In this document: piece after piece, positions 1-13,151 of the stretch
Layout: the number at the start of each line of letters is the position of its first letter
Numbering within the stretch: the stretch's first letter is position 1
Source of the DNA: TPA_inf: Saccharomyces
Taxonomy: Eukaryota
Assembly (NCBI GenBank): GCA_000146045.2
Contig: BK006938.2
Location: forward strand, 1,467,934-1,531,933
Length of the DNA stretch: 64,000 bases
Direction of reading: 5' to 3'
Made by a program: the position numbers and the translations under genes
The notes under the pieces: model-generated
Seen by the model: the letters and a program-made list of their open reading frames with translations, nothing else
Databases searched by the model: none
What the model was told of the DNA's origin: nothing

Positions 1-511
1 TACCGACCAGCAAACCAGTACCAATACCAGTCCCTAGGGACATCATCACCGTATGACGGGGCTTTATACTCTTTTTCAAATTTTCTTGTTTCTGTTCTTG
101 TTCTTGTGGTGACTGTTTAATACCATCAACAGTGATGTATGAGCTCTTCCGATTCAACTCATTGTCCAATTGAGAGCTGGAATCTTTTGTGGATATAGGA
201 GTAGTCCCATTAGAGTTGCTCGAGTCTGGGGAATTTGCATGCGAGCCTTCCGCTCTTCTAAACGAGTCAATGAACCTCCGTAAGTAAGATGCATGATGTT
301 CACCTTCATATTCCATATTTTCAATGGTTTTTTCCACTGTTTTTTCAAAATATTCTACTTCATTTTCCGGTTCTATAGAGCCAATTTGTTTTTCCTTTGG
401 TTGTATTTCCTTCATCTCGTAATGGGAAACATCGTCAAGGTCGTTACGATTCATATTCATATTAGAGCTTCCCTCATTATTCCGCCCATGGCGTCTATTA
501 CCAAGCGTCAT
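1..511 (-). CDS. GNP1: Amino-acid permease, N-terminal part only (runs off the window start). Hand translation of the minus strand gives [27 protein letters not shown]...[21 protein letters not shown].
   Basis: Reverse-complement translation from the ATG (complement of 509-511); the AAP-family motif [10 protein letters not shown] is present. Not in the ORF track because the window edge truncates it. Confidence 0.8.
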
Positions 512-1364
512 AATGTGCAATATTTGATATTATATAAGCTACTTGAGAAAGCGATAGTTTTTTTTTCTTACACAAAAAAAAAAAAACATAAAGCACCTAT
601 AACTCTCAACTTTGAAGAAGCACGAAAGGAATATGTTTAAATCAACAGAAATGTGAAAAAAATCGGTTATATATACAGAATCCGATTCTTTCTAACATCA
701 AAGAGGTGGGGGAAGAAGGGACTCAAAAAAGAAACGACACTGCACAACCCGAGCCAAACTGACATACGAACACTAAAACCGATTTCCGAAAAAAACTTCA
801 AATTTACATTTCATTGTCCGTCTGCCATCGCATCATCGCCTTCATCTCTAAGAGTTGCCGTGCCTTTCCATCCGCTTTCTTTTCATGCGGCGTTATTCTT
901 TTTTCCTATTTTTGATGGTCCCTGTGCCGTTTCTTTTTCATGTTCACCGGTTTTTGGCGCCGCATACCGTACGGCGGGGCACTTTTGAAACGTTTTTGTG
1001 CATCCTGATGCCGTTTTCAAGGATCGCAAGCACGTCGCATAATACGGTAATGCCGAATTAAGGCTACGTCGTCATAGTAGGTTAGTCATGCGCGTTGGAA
1101 AAAGAAATGACCAACGCGTTGATTACGTAGTCCCCAAGGAATAATGCTTTTGAAAGTGAAAAAAAAAAATAAAACTGAAAAAAGCCATGCTGTTTCCATC
1201 ACGTGCATGTCACGTTTTTGCCGCCGAACTCTTTGATCATGTGATATGAATATGTTGGGTTACCCAGCTTTGCCAACACGCGCCGTCGGAAGGTGTTCAG
1301 GAAGCAGGAAAAGAGCAAAACACCAACAATCAAACAAACGAACACATTCTACTCTTTTAGTTGA

Positions 1365-1772
<408 letters not shown>

Positions 1773-2083
1773 GACTCTTAACAATGCCTAAAAAACGCCA
1801 ACAAACCTCTCCCTTCCCCCCACCCACCAAAAAATACCATAGTAATGAAAAAACTAAATAATTCATATTATATAACATAGTATTAATATATGTTCGACAA
1901 GAATAGTTTTGTCCACGCCTCTTTCCCAGCTGATGCGGAGGAAGTGCTTTTCGCCATGTTATTAACCAGTACGCTAGCTTTTGTTCTTAATTAAAGAAAA
2001 AAAACTATCTCCGTTAAATGAGCAAGTATTAAAGAAGCATTCTTTCACGACGTGCCACAGAGAACTTCCCGTCTTCATTCACC

Positions 2084-2485
2084 ATGAACAACAAGCTCAT
2101 ATATCGTTCGGTTAGATTTGCAACCCATAACAGCCAGCTTTTACTTCCACCTTTGGTTCTCTACAGAAGGATACTAAGGCAGCATAAGCTGCTACCTGGT
2201 CCCCAAAGGGAGATGGGTGACCAATACGTGCGAAACGAGTTCAAGTTGCACAAAGATATCGATAACCCGTTGCATATAGTCGGCTTTTTAGCTTCCTGGC
2301 AAGATTATCTCCACATGATTTCCAACGGTAAATGGAAAGATGCCACTTTATCTTCGGAAACCCTGGAGAAACTATCCCCTGAGCAAACAGTTCAACTGTA
2401 TGAATTGATGAAGGAAACACAGAAACTTCACCAAGACAATGAAATAGAATCAAGTAAGGACGTGAAGCGGAACAACAAGGATTAG
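2084..2485 (+). CDS. SDH6: LYR-family mitochondrial succinate dehydrogenase assembly factor, 133 aa
   Basis: 133-aa [21 protein letters not shown]...; length and sequence match ACN9/SDH6. Confidence 0.85.
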   Translation: MNNKLIYRSVRFATHNSQLLLPPLVLYRRILRQHKLLPGPQREMGDQYVRNEFKLHKDIDNPLHIVGFLASWQDYLHMISNGKWKDATLSSETLEKLSPEQTVQLYELMKETQKLHQDNEIESSKDVKRNNKD

Positions 2486-2566
2486 TGTTCGTCTTTTTAT
2501 TGCGCTTGTAAATAAGAAATCCATATACTATATAGTACACATGCTAAAAAAAAAAAGCTAAAAATC

Positions 2567-3515
<949 letters not shown>

Positions 3516-3614
3516 TTTAAATTACGCTAATATCCCCTTCATAATATTTACATATATATATCTTTTATTATCTATATCTTAAATCACATATACCTACAAA
3601 ACTTCTAGCTAGAT

Positions 3615-5066
3615 TCACACAAGAGTACTTTTGAAGGCTGCGCGTGCATTTTGAAACCAATGAGACCCGCTAAATTCCGTCTGAGGTACAAGATCCCTCG
3701 GCTTCTTTCTTCCCTTATCATCAACTTTCGGTTTGCTATTATTGGCATTCATCACACTTAGCACGTACGACATTGGCAAAATTTTGGGTTCGTCCGCCTC
3801 ACGCTTAAACCATTCTCTTATCCTATATCCCATTGTTTCTAAATCATCTGCCCCAATTTGCTTTCTAAAGTTATAATCTCCTAACTTCAGCATCAGGAGC
3901 AACGTGTAATATGCATCATTGCCTGCGTTATGTAAGAAGGCATGTGGCAAGTGAAAAAGCCTTAGTAGTTTACCTAAACTGCTACCCTTCTTGCCATAAC
4001 ACATGCTATAAATTTTCTCTGTGTCAAGCATCTTAACATGTTTTCTAACACCTTTGCTCTCCGTTGAGTCCTCCGGTTTGGTAAGTTCATTATCCAATTC
4101 AGGTACATGGACCCCAATTTTCTTCAGCCACTTAATATCCCCCGCTATAGCATGACCCACAAACGCTCTTTCCCAGGTTGTATCTTGGTCCGTCTCACAT
4201 TTCATATAGAAATTAATCAACGACTGAATGAACTCTACACATTGTTCCAATGGTAATACAAGACTTTCTCCAAGTAAAAAGCAGTCTTTAAAGTCGCATA
4301 CGAATTTCTTGTTTCTTAACGGTAACGCTTCAGCAACAATTAAATGATAACTTCTTATAATCGGCATCAAGGAATAAATGTTTTCTCTTGGATCATATAT
4401 GGCGATGCCAATCTCTGTAACAATGTCTGTATCAAATTCAAATGCCTCTACATCGATGGCAAAACAAATTGTCTTGTTGGATGATAATAACTCAATAGTT
4501 TTACAGAGATACTTGAACTGAGACCCACCAGGTTCACAATTCATCACAGGTATATGTTCGTTTTTTACGTCCTGTACATCTGCTAAATATTGCTTTCTTA
4601 GATTTTTCTCCACATCGTCTTTAGATGCATCAGGTATACACCCGTTTTTCTCTATCCATTTCTTGTCAATTTCTTCCAGCTTCTTATCCAGTAATTCTGA
4701 ACTTTTCTCATAGATGGACCGATAGTTTGTTTCCAATGCCTTTAAATATTTTTGGATTTCACTACTTAACGCAATGTTAGGGGTATATGCAATTTCGTGC
4801 AGAGAATTAAAATGTTCAAACTCATTTATCCATGTCTTTTGTCTTCCTAGTTTATTCATCAACTTGCTACTTGAACTCTTATACAGTCCCACGCCCCCTC
4901 TTCTTGAAGGGACCATACCCCTAACTCTAGCTGCATTGCGGGTTGCCAGACTCCTGTTTAAACCTTGTGGTTGATGGTAATTGCGGACTGCTTTGGAGTT
5001 GAATCTATGCGTAACCATTTTGACTACCGCTTCGTATGCTTTCTTGCACTTTGTGGAGCTACTCAT
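3615..5066 (-). CDS. YDR514C: Protein of unknown function, GFD2 paralog, 483 aa from the ATG at 5066. An upstream in-frame ATG at 5093 would give 492 aa.
   Basis: 492-aa ORF on the minus strand; position and length match YDR514C. Confidence 0.75.
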   Translation of the reverse strand: MSSSTKCKKAYEAVVKMVTHRFNSKAVRNYHQPQGLNRSLATRNAARVRGMVPSRRGGVGLYKSSSSKLMNKLGRQKTWINEFEHFNSLHEIAYTPNIALSSEIQKYLKALETNYRSIYEKSSELLDKKLEEIDKKWIEKNGCIPDASKDDVEKNLRKQYLADVQDVKNEHIPVMNCEPGGSQFKYLCKTIELLSSNKTICFAIDVEAFEFDTDIVTEIGIAIYDPRENIYSLMPIIRSYHLIVAEALPLRNKKFVCDFKDCFLLGESLVLPLEQCVEFIQSLINFYMKCETDQDTTWERAFVGHAIAGDIKWLKKIGVHVPELDNELTKPEDSTESKGVRKHVKMLDTEKIYSMCYGKKGSSLGKLLRLFHLPHAFLHNAGNDAYYTLLLMLKLGDYNFRKQIGADDLETMGYRIREWFKREADEPKILPMSYVLSVMNANNSKPKVDDKGRKKPRDLVPQTEFSGSHWFQNARAAFKSTLV

Positions 5067-5495
5067 ACAATAGCTTATAATCTGTGTAGTCAAACTATAT
5101 ACTAGGCAAATTACTAGTAAATGCAGTATTCATATGTCCTCAAACCGTTTTTTGCAGTATGTTATTGATCCATCGAATCAAAATTTTTCACCGCCAAGAG
5201 AAAAAAGATCTTACTATTTTGTGCTTATGAAAAAATTAGTAAAAGTAAAGCTGGAAGCACATACAAGCGCAGCTGAATCACAAAGGAAAATTGGCACATC
5301 CTTGGTTGACACTTGTCTATTTATTAAAAGGTTTTAAAAAGTAGTGTTCAGCAGTTCTATCATATTTTTTTATTTAAAAAAAAATACTGAGAGGAAGCGT
5401 ATTGTTAAGACACAATTTAGGGTGGCGTTAAATAAACGAGAGAGCCCAAAAATATAACCAAGATAAAGAAAATCAATCATAAAGTGAATTCAAAA

Positions 5496-6839
5496 ATGTC
5501 ATCGCAAAACCTCAATGATAATCCAAAAAATACATCCTCAGCAGCTGAAGATAAGAAGAAACAAACTTCATCCTTAAAGTTGGCACCAATACCAACCACA
5601 TCGCCATGGAAATCATCTTCGCCAGATAGCAATACAGTAATTCCTGTAGAGGAACTAAGAGATATATCAAAGACTGCAAAGCCAAGTAAAAATGGTTCGG
5701 GGTCAATTAAATTAACAAGCAATACCAAATGGACTCCAATTACGCCGTCTGTTATAATCTCAGGTTCCAAGGACACAAATTCAAAGTCAGGAAAGAACTC
5801 TAAAAATTCTAAGACTAATAAAAAAATGAAAAAGCGTGGCAAATATAATAACGATATCAATAAAAAGGACTTTAACGGTCAAACCAACAGTACATCGGAA
5901 ATAAGTAACGTTTCCAATCTTGAATCCAAACCTTTAGATGCTAACGCTAAAGTAAACATACATTCAAGCTCAGGAGCAACTGCCAATGGGAATATAAAGA
6001 GGATAACAAACAACAACAATTCAACCAACGGTAGACAATCAAGAAATTATCAAAACAGGAATGGCAAAACAAGATACAACAACAATAGTAGACACAGTCA
6101 GGCGGCTAATAATGCCATCTCCTTCCCAAATAATTATCAGGCTAGACCTGAATATATTCCCAATGCCAGCCACTGGTTGAACAACAATTCAAGAAATAGC
6201 TATAAACAACTGTCATACTTCCGTCAACAGCAGTATTATAATAACATCAACTATCAACAACAATTGCAAACACCATATTATTACTCAATGGAACCTATTT
6301 TTAAATCTATCGAAAGTATCAAAAACCAAATTGAATTCTATTTTAGTGAAGAGAACTTGAAAACAGATGAATTTTTAAGATCTAAATTCAAAAAAGCCAA
6401 TGACGGATTTATCCCCATGAGTTTGATAGGGAAATTTTACCGTATGGTTAATTTATCTCTTGGTGGAGACCCAAATTTAATTTTGGCATCTATGAGAGAA
6501 GTTTTACAACATAAAGAAACAAACCATTTGGAAATTGCCCTTGGAAGCATAGAAGGTGCTCAGAAGAACATGGCAGATGATTTCAATCCATTGGAAAACT
6601 ATTTTATTAGGCGCGAAAATTGGGCTGAATACGCTATGGAAAGTAATTTTGATGAAAATGATGACGAAACTGAAAAATACAACATTGAGAAACTATTGGG
6701 ACCGAACGATTTAGACAATTATTCTTATATGGGCTATCCAAACTTCTTTCCCAGTAATGAAAATGGGAAAAAGAGTCAGAGCTATGACCAAGGTGAAATT
6801 AGCAGGCAGTTTGAACAAAACTTACAAATAAATGATTAA
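5496..6839 (+). CDS. SLF1: La-motif RNA-binding protein, 447 aa
   Basis: The ORF contains [15 protein letters not shown]... and the La-motif region [25 protein letters not shown]. Asn/Ser-rich low-complexity N-terminal half. Confidence 0.88.
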
Positions 6840-7040
6840 TTTTAGACAATATTTTTTTTTTTTTTTTTATTATGTATATAGTTAACATGTATAAAGTAAT
6901 AGCAGATTCTCTCTAAAAATATAACATAACATTTCATTTCAATTCGTACTAAATAATTTTTTATATAACAGATACATAAGATATTTATATAGAGGAAAAC
7001 GAAAACAAACTAAAAATAAGCTGTTAAGAACAGATATGTT

Positions 7041-8543
7041 TTATGCCACCAGAGCACACAAAGCTGCGCCAACACCGGACCCATCTTTGGCTAGACGCAA
7101 ATGTATCTTACGTTCACCCTCAGTGCCAATTGGACTTAATGCCAAAGCATGTCTCAGCATGGATCTGAATCCAGGATAGTATTCGATGACATAACCGTCA
7201 AAACCAATTTCTACCTCACCGTGATATCTTTTGTTCAAAGCGTTTGTCTTGATTAGGATGGCGGCAATCGGAACGGCTGCTAGATATGCAGACCTTCTCG
7301 TAATGGAACGGACCAGATTTTGAATTGCTTTACGTTCTTCAAAAGTGGTCGGTAGCCTCAAACTCTGCAAAAACGACAATTCAGTTTCACGCAAGTTTGT
7401 CGAATCATCGATTTCAATCCTGGAAAGAACTTCACTGCACAATTGGAAAGGAGTCTTTAAACGGTGAGGTAATTGATCGTAATTACGATACTGTCCCAAG
7501 ATTAAGCCCCTTGCATGCAAGTCCACCAGGATGTTCCTTAACAGCTCACCCAAGTACATGCCGGAAATTCTTTTTTCAAATAGATGGTAACCTGGATTTG
7601 GAGAAAATTTTTGGTCAATATCGATGTCATACTTTGTAGCAGACAAATGTTTCAATTCATTGTCGAAAGAACCCCATTCGATGTTGATGCACATTTGGGT
7701 TTTTCCTTCATGCAGCAGTCTTGTTCTGAGCTCATCTGGTAGCTTCTTGATGTTTTCAATATCCTCCATATAGCAACCGTTAGTACCAGTACCAAAGATA
7801 CAACCAATGACAGGCTCGCTAATCTCACCAGCACTCGATGGACGAGAGCCTGAAGTGTAGCAGTGGGATAGGAAAGTGCCAACCGTGTCGTTGGTCAAAG
7901 CTACCACATTAATCATAGAGAGCCCCTGAATGTCTAATTGCTCCTGGTATAACCTCACGACATCCTTGCCGACCGTGTCTTCAATCTTGAAGCTTTTGGT
8001 CCATCTGATTAAAGTACCGGAACTCAAAGAGGTTTGGTCAACGGGATATGAGAAGGTAAATCCCATTTTCAAAGGTTTTATGTTCTCCCCCGTGGACTTC
8101 AACAACTCAGGATGATGCTTCCTAACGAAGGCCCTTGTACGGCGACCCAGGTAGCTAAACAGCTCCTCGCTGGTGACATCCTTGTCATTTAGATATTCTT
8201 CCGGAATCTTAGACTTCAATTGCTGCATATCAAAGGTTCCGTCACCATTCAAAGTCACAGAACACACTCTGAAGTGAGTCCCACCTAAATCTGCAGCCAG
8301 CAAAACACCACGTTCCGTCCCATTGGGCAAACTGGTTACATATGTAGGGATCATGGGTAGACCCTTGTCCACCGTCTTTTCTTCGCCTACAGAGGTGTTA
8401 TTCAACCCCTTTTCCATACATTCAATGAAGTACGCTGTTAGTTCGTCCAACTTTGCTGCATCAACCTGCAATGAGGAGCAGATCTCAACCACTGCATCTT
8501 CCAATGCCTCAGCATTGACTTTATGTAAATTTTCAAATGACAT
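7041..8543 (-). CDS. EMI2: Hexokinase-family glucokinase paralog, 500 aa from the MSFENLHKV start
   Basis: 516-aa ORF; the internal ATG (complement of 8541-8543) gives 500 aa. Hexokinase motifs are present (LAADLGGTHFRV, GTGTNGCYME). Confidence 0.88.
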   Translation of the reverse strand: MSFENLHKVNAEALEDAVVEICSSLQVDAAKLDELTAYFIECMEKGLNNTSVGEEKTVDKGLPMIPTYVTSLPNGTERGVLLAADLGGTHFRVCSVTLNGDGTFDMQQLKSKIPEEYLNDKDVTSEELFSYLGRRTRAFVRKHHPELLKSTGENIKPLKMGFTFSYPVDQTSLSSGTLIRWTKSFKIEDTVGKDVVRLYQEQLDIQGLSMINVVALTNDTVGTFLSHCYTSGSRPSSAGEISEPVIGCIFGTGTNGCYMEDIENIKKLPDELRTRLLHEGKTQMCINIEWGSFDNELKHLSATKYDIDIDQKFSPNPGYHLFEKRISGMYLGELLRNILVDLHARGLILGQYRNYDQLPHRLKTPFQLCSEVLSRIEIDDSTNLRETELSFLQSLRLPTTFEERKAIQNLVRSITRRSAYLAAVPIAAILIKTNALNKRYHGEVEIGFDGYVIEYYPGFRSMLRHALALSPIGTEGERKIHLRLAKDGSGVGAALCALVA

Positions 8544-9305
8544 TACTGTGTATCTATGATTCGATTCTTGTACAATTCTTCCTTGATACACTGATATCTG
8601 TTTCTATTTAAACTTCCTATAAGTATGAGACGTACAAAAGAACACGAGACAAGATGAGATTTTACACTTACACAGAATCGACTTTATATAATCCCGAATA
8701 CATGTTTCCCCCCCCTGCATCGCAAGCATAATAGAATTCGACGACCCGATCTTCTTCCTCTGTCTTCCACACACACAAACACTAATTCACTCTCACTCTC
8801 TCACTTTCCCTTTCGACGACACACACAAAAAGACTTTCTGGATGCCCCGCGTTTTTTGTCACTTGATTCTTCGAACAAAGACGCAGGCAACTACCCCTGA
8901 AGGGCCCACCCGAAAGTAGTTGCTACTGCTCGTTGCGGTGGCTGCCAGAGTGGCGACGTAGCGTTGCGTTGTGGCTAACATTGGTGAGACAACCCGATTA
9001 AATTACTTAATGGGCTCTCCCACCGCCTTTGCACCCAGTGACAGCCATTTTGAAGATAGCATCGGGCTGGCTTCCAAATAAAATCTAGGTCGTTTCTATT
9101 AAGTTCGTTTCGTTATTTTTCTGTCTTCGCGGCGGACACGCAAGCCGACGACGACGAGGTTTAGTTGCATTTTGGCTATCATAAAAGAAATGGGCTTGTC
9201 GCAACGGGATCAGGACCAAGAACAGGGGTGCTGAGACTACTACTGTAACTGCGACCGACACAGCGTGCGAAACTAGGGAAGTAAAAAGGTATAGGAAGAA
9301 GAACT

Positions 9306-10424
9306 ATGTTTAGAATAGCTAAAAACCTCGTACGGACTTTTGAGCAGAGCGTGCAAGATACCCTGGCACTCTCGCAGGACTCGAGCAATCTGGACGCTTT
9401 CTTTCAGTCTATACCACCAAATTTGTTGTCTGCTCAGTTGGAATCACCCGTAGATGCGGTTTCTGAAGGTGTTAAGCACACCAACGTCAATGAAACGCTT
9501 TCCGGTCTCCGCATTGTTTGGGTGGACGAGATGCAGTTCCAACTGCAGTCCTTTTTCGACTATATAGTAGGTTTCAATGATGATCCGGTGCCGGTGGTCA
9601 GTAATCAACACGGATTTTCGTACCCAGATTACCGTCGTATCACATCCATCTTCAATGAACACTGTGGCCGAACTTTGAAGGTCAACATATGGTCAGCTAA
9701 AGGAGGCACGTTCAGAGACGAGTATATCAGCATTATATCGAAGGAGAGCGACGATTTGGACGATGTTTCTCTAAACCATGACGAGAGGAGGCCATCTAGT
9801 GGGGAAGCGCACCAGTTCCAAGCACTCGGGTTCAAAGTCCAATGGACGCCTTTGATAGCTTCCACTTTCACATACCATATCCTGAACGTGAACATCCCAG
9901 ATGGACCCGCCCAATCGGCAGGGCTCATCCCAGATGAAGACTACATTATCGGCTGCCAAGATGGCCTGTTGGCCACGGGAGGGGAGACGCTTTTACAAGA
10001 TATTGTTAGATCAAGAGCAAACTACGATCTGGTCCTTTATGTCTACAACAAAGTTTCTGACTGTGTGAGACCAATCACAGTTCATATAGGTCCCGACGGC
10101 AGGTTGGGTTGCAACGTTGGATACGGGTTTCTTCACAGGATTCCAACAGTAAAGCACTGTCCACAACAAGCACAGCAGCAGGGGCAAGATGACAACCCTG
10201 TTCCTGTTCCTGTTCCAGTAGAATCTGAGACGGCTTTTGTGCCATCAGCATTCACAGCACCACCGGTGCCAACAAAGAAGAAATCAAAAAATAAAAAGGG
10301 TACCCAGCCATTGGCAATGGATGACTATTTTAATGAAGGCAGAGATAAGTCATCTACCGCTGCGAAGTCAGCAGAATCTGACATCCTCGCCCCACCACCA
10401 CAAAAACAGTCATCCTCTGATTAA
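9306..10424 (+). CDS. GRH1: Golgi reassembly stacking protein (GRASP65) homolog, 372 aa
   Basis: 372-aa ORF with an N-terminal GRASP/PDZ-like region and a Pro/Ser-rich C-terminal tail. Confidence 0.85.
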   Translation: MFRIAKNLVRTFEQSVQDTLALSQDSSNLDAFFQSIPPNLLSAQLESPVDAVSEGVKHTNVNETLSGLRIVWVDEMQFQLQSFFDYIVGFNDDPVPVVSNQHGFSYPDYRRITSIFNEHCGRTLKVNIWSAKGGTFRDEYISIISKESDDLDDVSLNHDERRPSSGEAHQFQALGFKVQWTPLIASTFTYHILNVNIPDGPAQSAGLIPDEDYIIGCQDGLLATGGETLLQDIVRSRANYDLVLYVYNKVSDCVRPITVHIGPDGRLGCNVGYGFLHRIPTVKHCPQQAQQQGQDDNPVPVPVPVESETAFVPSAFTAPPVPTKKKSKNKKGTQPLAMDDYFNEGRDKSSTAAKSAESDILAPPPQKQSSSD

Positions 10425-10674
10425 CTTTCCTGGTTAGTCTTTTGGTTTTGTTTCATAGCAAAATTAAATATATATATATAAGCTTGCTTTCCCTTCAAAA
10501 CACGTAAACGATAGTTGGCAATGTACGAAAAGTACCGAGACTTTTTTTCAAAGGCACGCGTGTCCTTTTTTGTTAAGACAATAGATATTTTAGCATTCAG
10601 AAAGTTTCAATTTCCAAGACTTGACGTTTCAATTATATGGCAATCTCCCAACAAGCACCCGCTCATATAATACC

Positions 10675-12228
10675 ATGCAAGTGACCACAAGATTTATATC
10701 TGCGATAGTCTCGTTTTGCCTGTTTGCTTCTTTCACGTTGGCTGAAAACAGCGCAAGAGCTACGCCGGGATCAGATTTACTCGTTCTAACAGAGAAGAAA
10801 TTTAAATCATTCATCGAATCTCATCCGTTAGTCCTCGTCGAGTTTTTTGCTCCATGGTGTTTGCATTCTCAGATCTTACGCCCTCACTTAGAAGAGGCCG
10901 CCTCTATTTTAAAGGAGCATAACGTCCCAGTTGTTCAAATTGATTGTGAGGCTAACAGTATGGTTTGCCTGCAACAAACTATAAATACCTACCCAACCTT
11001 GAAAATCTTTAAAAATGGTCGTATTTTTGATGGTCAAGTCTATCGCGGTGTCAAGATCACCGATGAAATCACTCAGTACATGATTCAGCTATACGAGGCT
11101 TCTGTCATTTATTTAAATTCCGAAGATGAAATCCAACCATACTTGGAAAATGCAACTTTACCAGTAGTAATAAACAGAGGCTTGACAGGCTTGAATGAAA
11201 CGTATCAAGAAGTCGCACTGGACCTTGCTGAGGATTACGTCTTTTTATCCCTTCTAGATTCAGAAGATAAGTCATTATCAATCCACTTGCCAAACACTAC
11301 AGAACCAATTCTGTTTGATGGAAATGTAGACTCTTTGGTCGGAAATTCCGTTGCTCTAACTCAGTGGTTAAAAGTGGTAATTTTACCTTACTTTACCGAC
11401 ATCGAACCTGATCTCTTCCCCAAGTACATTTCTAGCAATTTGCCGTTGGCTTACTTCTTTTATACTTCTGAGGAAGAATTGGAAGATTACACTGATCTTT
11501 TCACGCAGTTAGGTAAGGAAAATCGTGGCCAAATAAATTTCATTGCATTAAACTCTACAATGTTCCCACACCACGTTAGATTCCTAAATATGAGAGAACA
11601 GTTCCCATTATTTGCTATCCATAATATGATCAATAATCTGAAATATGGTTTACCACAACTACCAGAAGAAGAGTACGCGAAATTAGAAAAACCACAACCA
11701 CTAGACAGAGATATGATCGTTCAGTTGGTAAAAGATTACCGTGAAGGTACTGCCAAGCCAATTGTTAAGTCAGAAGAGATTCCAAAAGAACAAAAGTCCA
11801 ATGTTTATAAAATAGTTGGGAAGACACATGACGACATTGTTCATGATGATGACAAGGATGTCCTTGTCAAATATTACGCGACATGGTGTATTCATAGTAA
11901 AAGGTTTGCGCCTATTTACGAAGAAATTGCAAATGTCTTAGCATCTGATGAATCTGTTCGCGATAAAATCTTGATCGCCGAAGTAGATTCAGGGGCAAAT
12001 GATATCTTAAGTTTTCCTGTGACAGGATATCCAACCATTGCTTTGTATCCTGCCGGAAATAACTCTAAGCCTATTATCTTCAATAAAATTAGAAATTTGG
12101 AAGATGTTTTCGAATTTATCAAGGAATCAGGTACACATCACATTGACGGCCAGGCAATTTATGATAAATTGCACCAGGCCAAGGATTCTGAAGTGTCTAC
12201 TGAAGATACCGTACATGATGAATTATAA
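10675..12228 (+). CDS. EUG1: ER protein disulfide isomerase homolog, 517 aa. Both thioredoxin motifs are CXXS (WCLHS and WCIHS) rather than CGHC.
   Basis: Signal peptide MQVTTRFISAIVSFCLFASFTLA, two thioredoxin domains (FAPWCLHSQ, YATWCIHSK) and a C-terminal HDEL ER-retention signal. Confidence 0.93.
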   Translation: MQVTTRFISAIVSFCLFASFTLAENSARATPGSDLLVLTEKKFKSFIESHPLVLVEFFAPWCLHSQILRPHLEEAASILKEHNVPVVQIDCEANSMVCLQQTINTYPTLKIFKNGRIFDGQVYRGVKITDEITQYMIQLYEASVIYLNSEDEIQPYLENATLPVVINRGLTGLNETYQEVALDLAEDYVFLSLLDSEDKSLSIHLPNTTEPILFDGNVDSLVGNSVALTQWLKVVILPYFTDIEPDLFPKYISSNLPLAYFFYTSEEELEDYTDLFTQLGKENRGQINFIALNSTMFPHHVRFLNMREQFPLFAIHNMINNLKYGLPQLPEEEYAKLEKPQPLDRDMIVQLVKDYREGTAKPIVKSEEIPKEQKSNVYKIVGKTHDDIVHDDDKDVLVKYYATWCIHSKRFAPIYEEIANVLASDESVRDKILIAEVDSGANDILSFPVTGYPTIALYPAGNNSKPIIFNKIRNLEDVFEFIKESGTHHIDGQAIYDKLHQAKDSEVSTEDTVHDEL

Positions 12229-12491
12229 TCAATAAATAAAGCATATATAATGCACATTTTTAACATCTGATTACTCGCATCGTTTCTGGAAGAAAATAGC
12301 TAATATTCGTTATTTATGGCATCACGATTATTCTCACCAGTTACCCGTTTATGCTCTTGAAGAGATTTAGCATTACTGCCAGCGCATCTTCAAATACAGG
12401 TTTATATGAGACCCATTACTATAACCCTAAGAAGAGAAAAAGGAGTGCTTTCGTTTTCAATCACATTCTAGTTTACAGTAATTGAGTCTCG

Positions 12492-12899
12492 ATGATGTTT
12501 AATATTTACCTTTTCGTCACTTTTTTTTCCACCATTCTTGCAGGTTCCCTGTCAGATTTGGAAATCGGTATTATCAAGAGAATACCGGTAGAAGATTGCT
12601 TAATTAAGGCAATGCCAGGTGATAAAGTTAAGGTTCATTATACAGGATCTTTATTAGAATCGGGAACTGTATTTGACTCAAGTTATTCAAGAGGCTCTCC
12701 TATCGCTTTTGAACTTGGCGTTGGCAGAGTAATTAAAGGTTGGGATCAAGGTGTTGCCGGCATGTGCGTTGGCGAAAAAAGAAAGCTGCAAATTCCAAGT
12801 TCTTTGGCCTACGGAGAAAGAGGTGTCCCAGGCGTCATTCCTCCAAGTGCTGATTTGGTGTTTGATGTCGAATTGGTAGACGTGAAATCAGCCGCCTAG
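12492..12899 (+). CDS. FPR2: FKBP-type peptidyl-prolyl isomerase of the secretory pathway, 135 aa
   Basis: Signal peptide plus the FKBP domain (VHYTGSLLESGTVFDSS...GWDQGVAGMCVGEKRKLQIPSSLAYGERG). Confidence 0.92.
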   Translation: MMFNIYLFVTFFSTILAGSLSDLEIGIIKRIPVEDCLIKAMPGDKVKVHYTGSLLESGTVFDSSYSRGSPIAFELGVGRVIKGWDQGVAGMCVGEKRKLQIPSSLAYGERGVPGVIPPSADLVFDVELVDVKSAA

Positions 12900-13151
12900 G
12901 TAAATTGGCACTCAGGCACATATCTGCAACAAGATGCATGGAGTACGTATGTGGCAAACTTTTTTTTATAGTTGAAAATATATCCATATGAGGATGCCAG
13001 CCATCATGTCAAGTTTCAATGTAATTATGGTTGTGTATATTATGTTTGCAGCAAAATAAAATAAAAGGGCTCTAACTACAATATATTAATATAAAGAAAT
13101 GTTATTCAATCTAGTTTGGGTATGAATTTTTTCCCTCTTAATAAAAATAGT

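Noticed and set aside
8592-9305. C8 homopolymer and a CCCCT (STRE) in the EMI2-GRH1 divergent promoter
   Set aside because: Plausible Msn2/4 or Mig1 context, but single short motifs; too weak to call as features.
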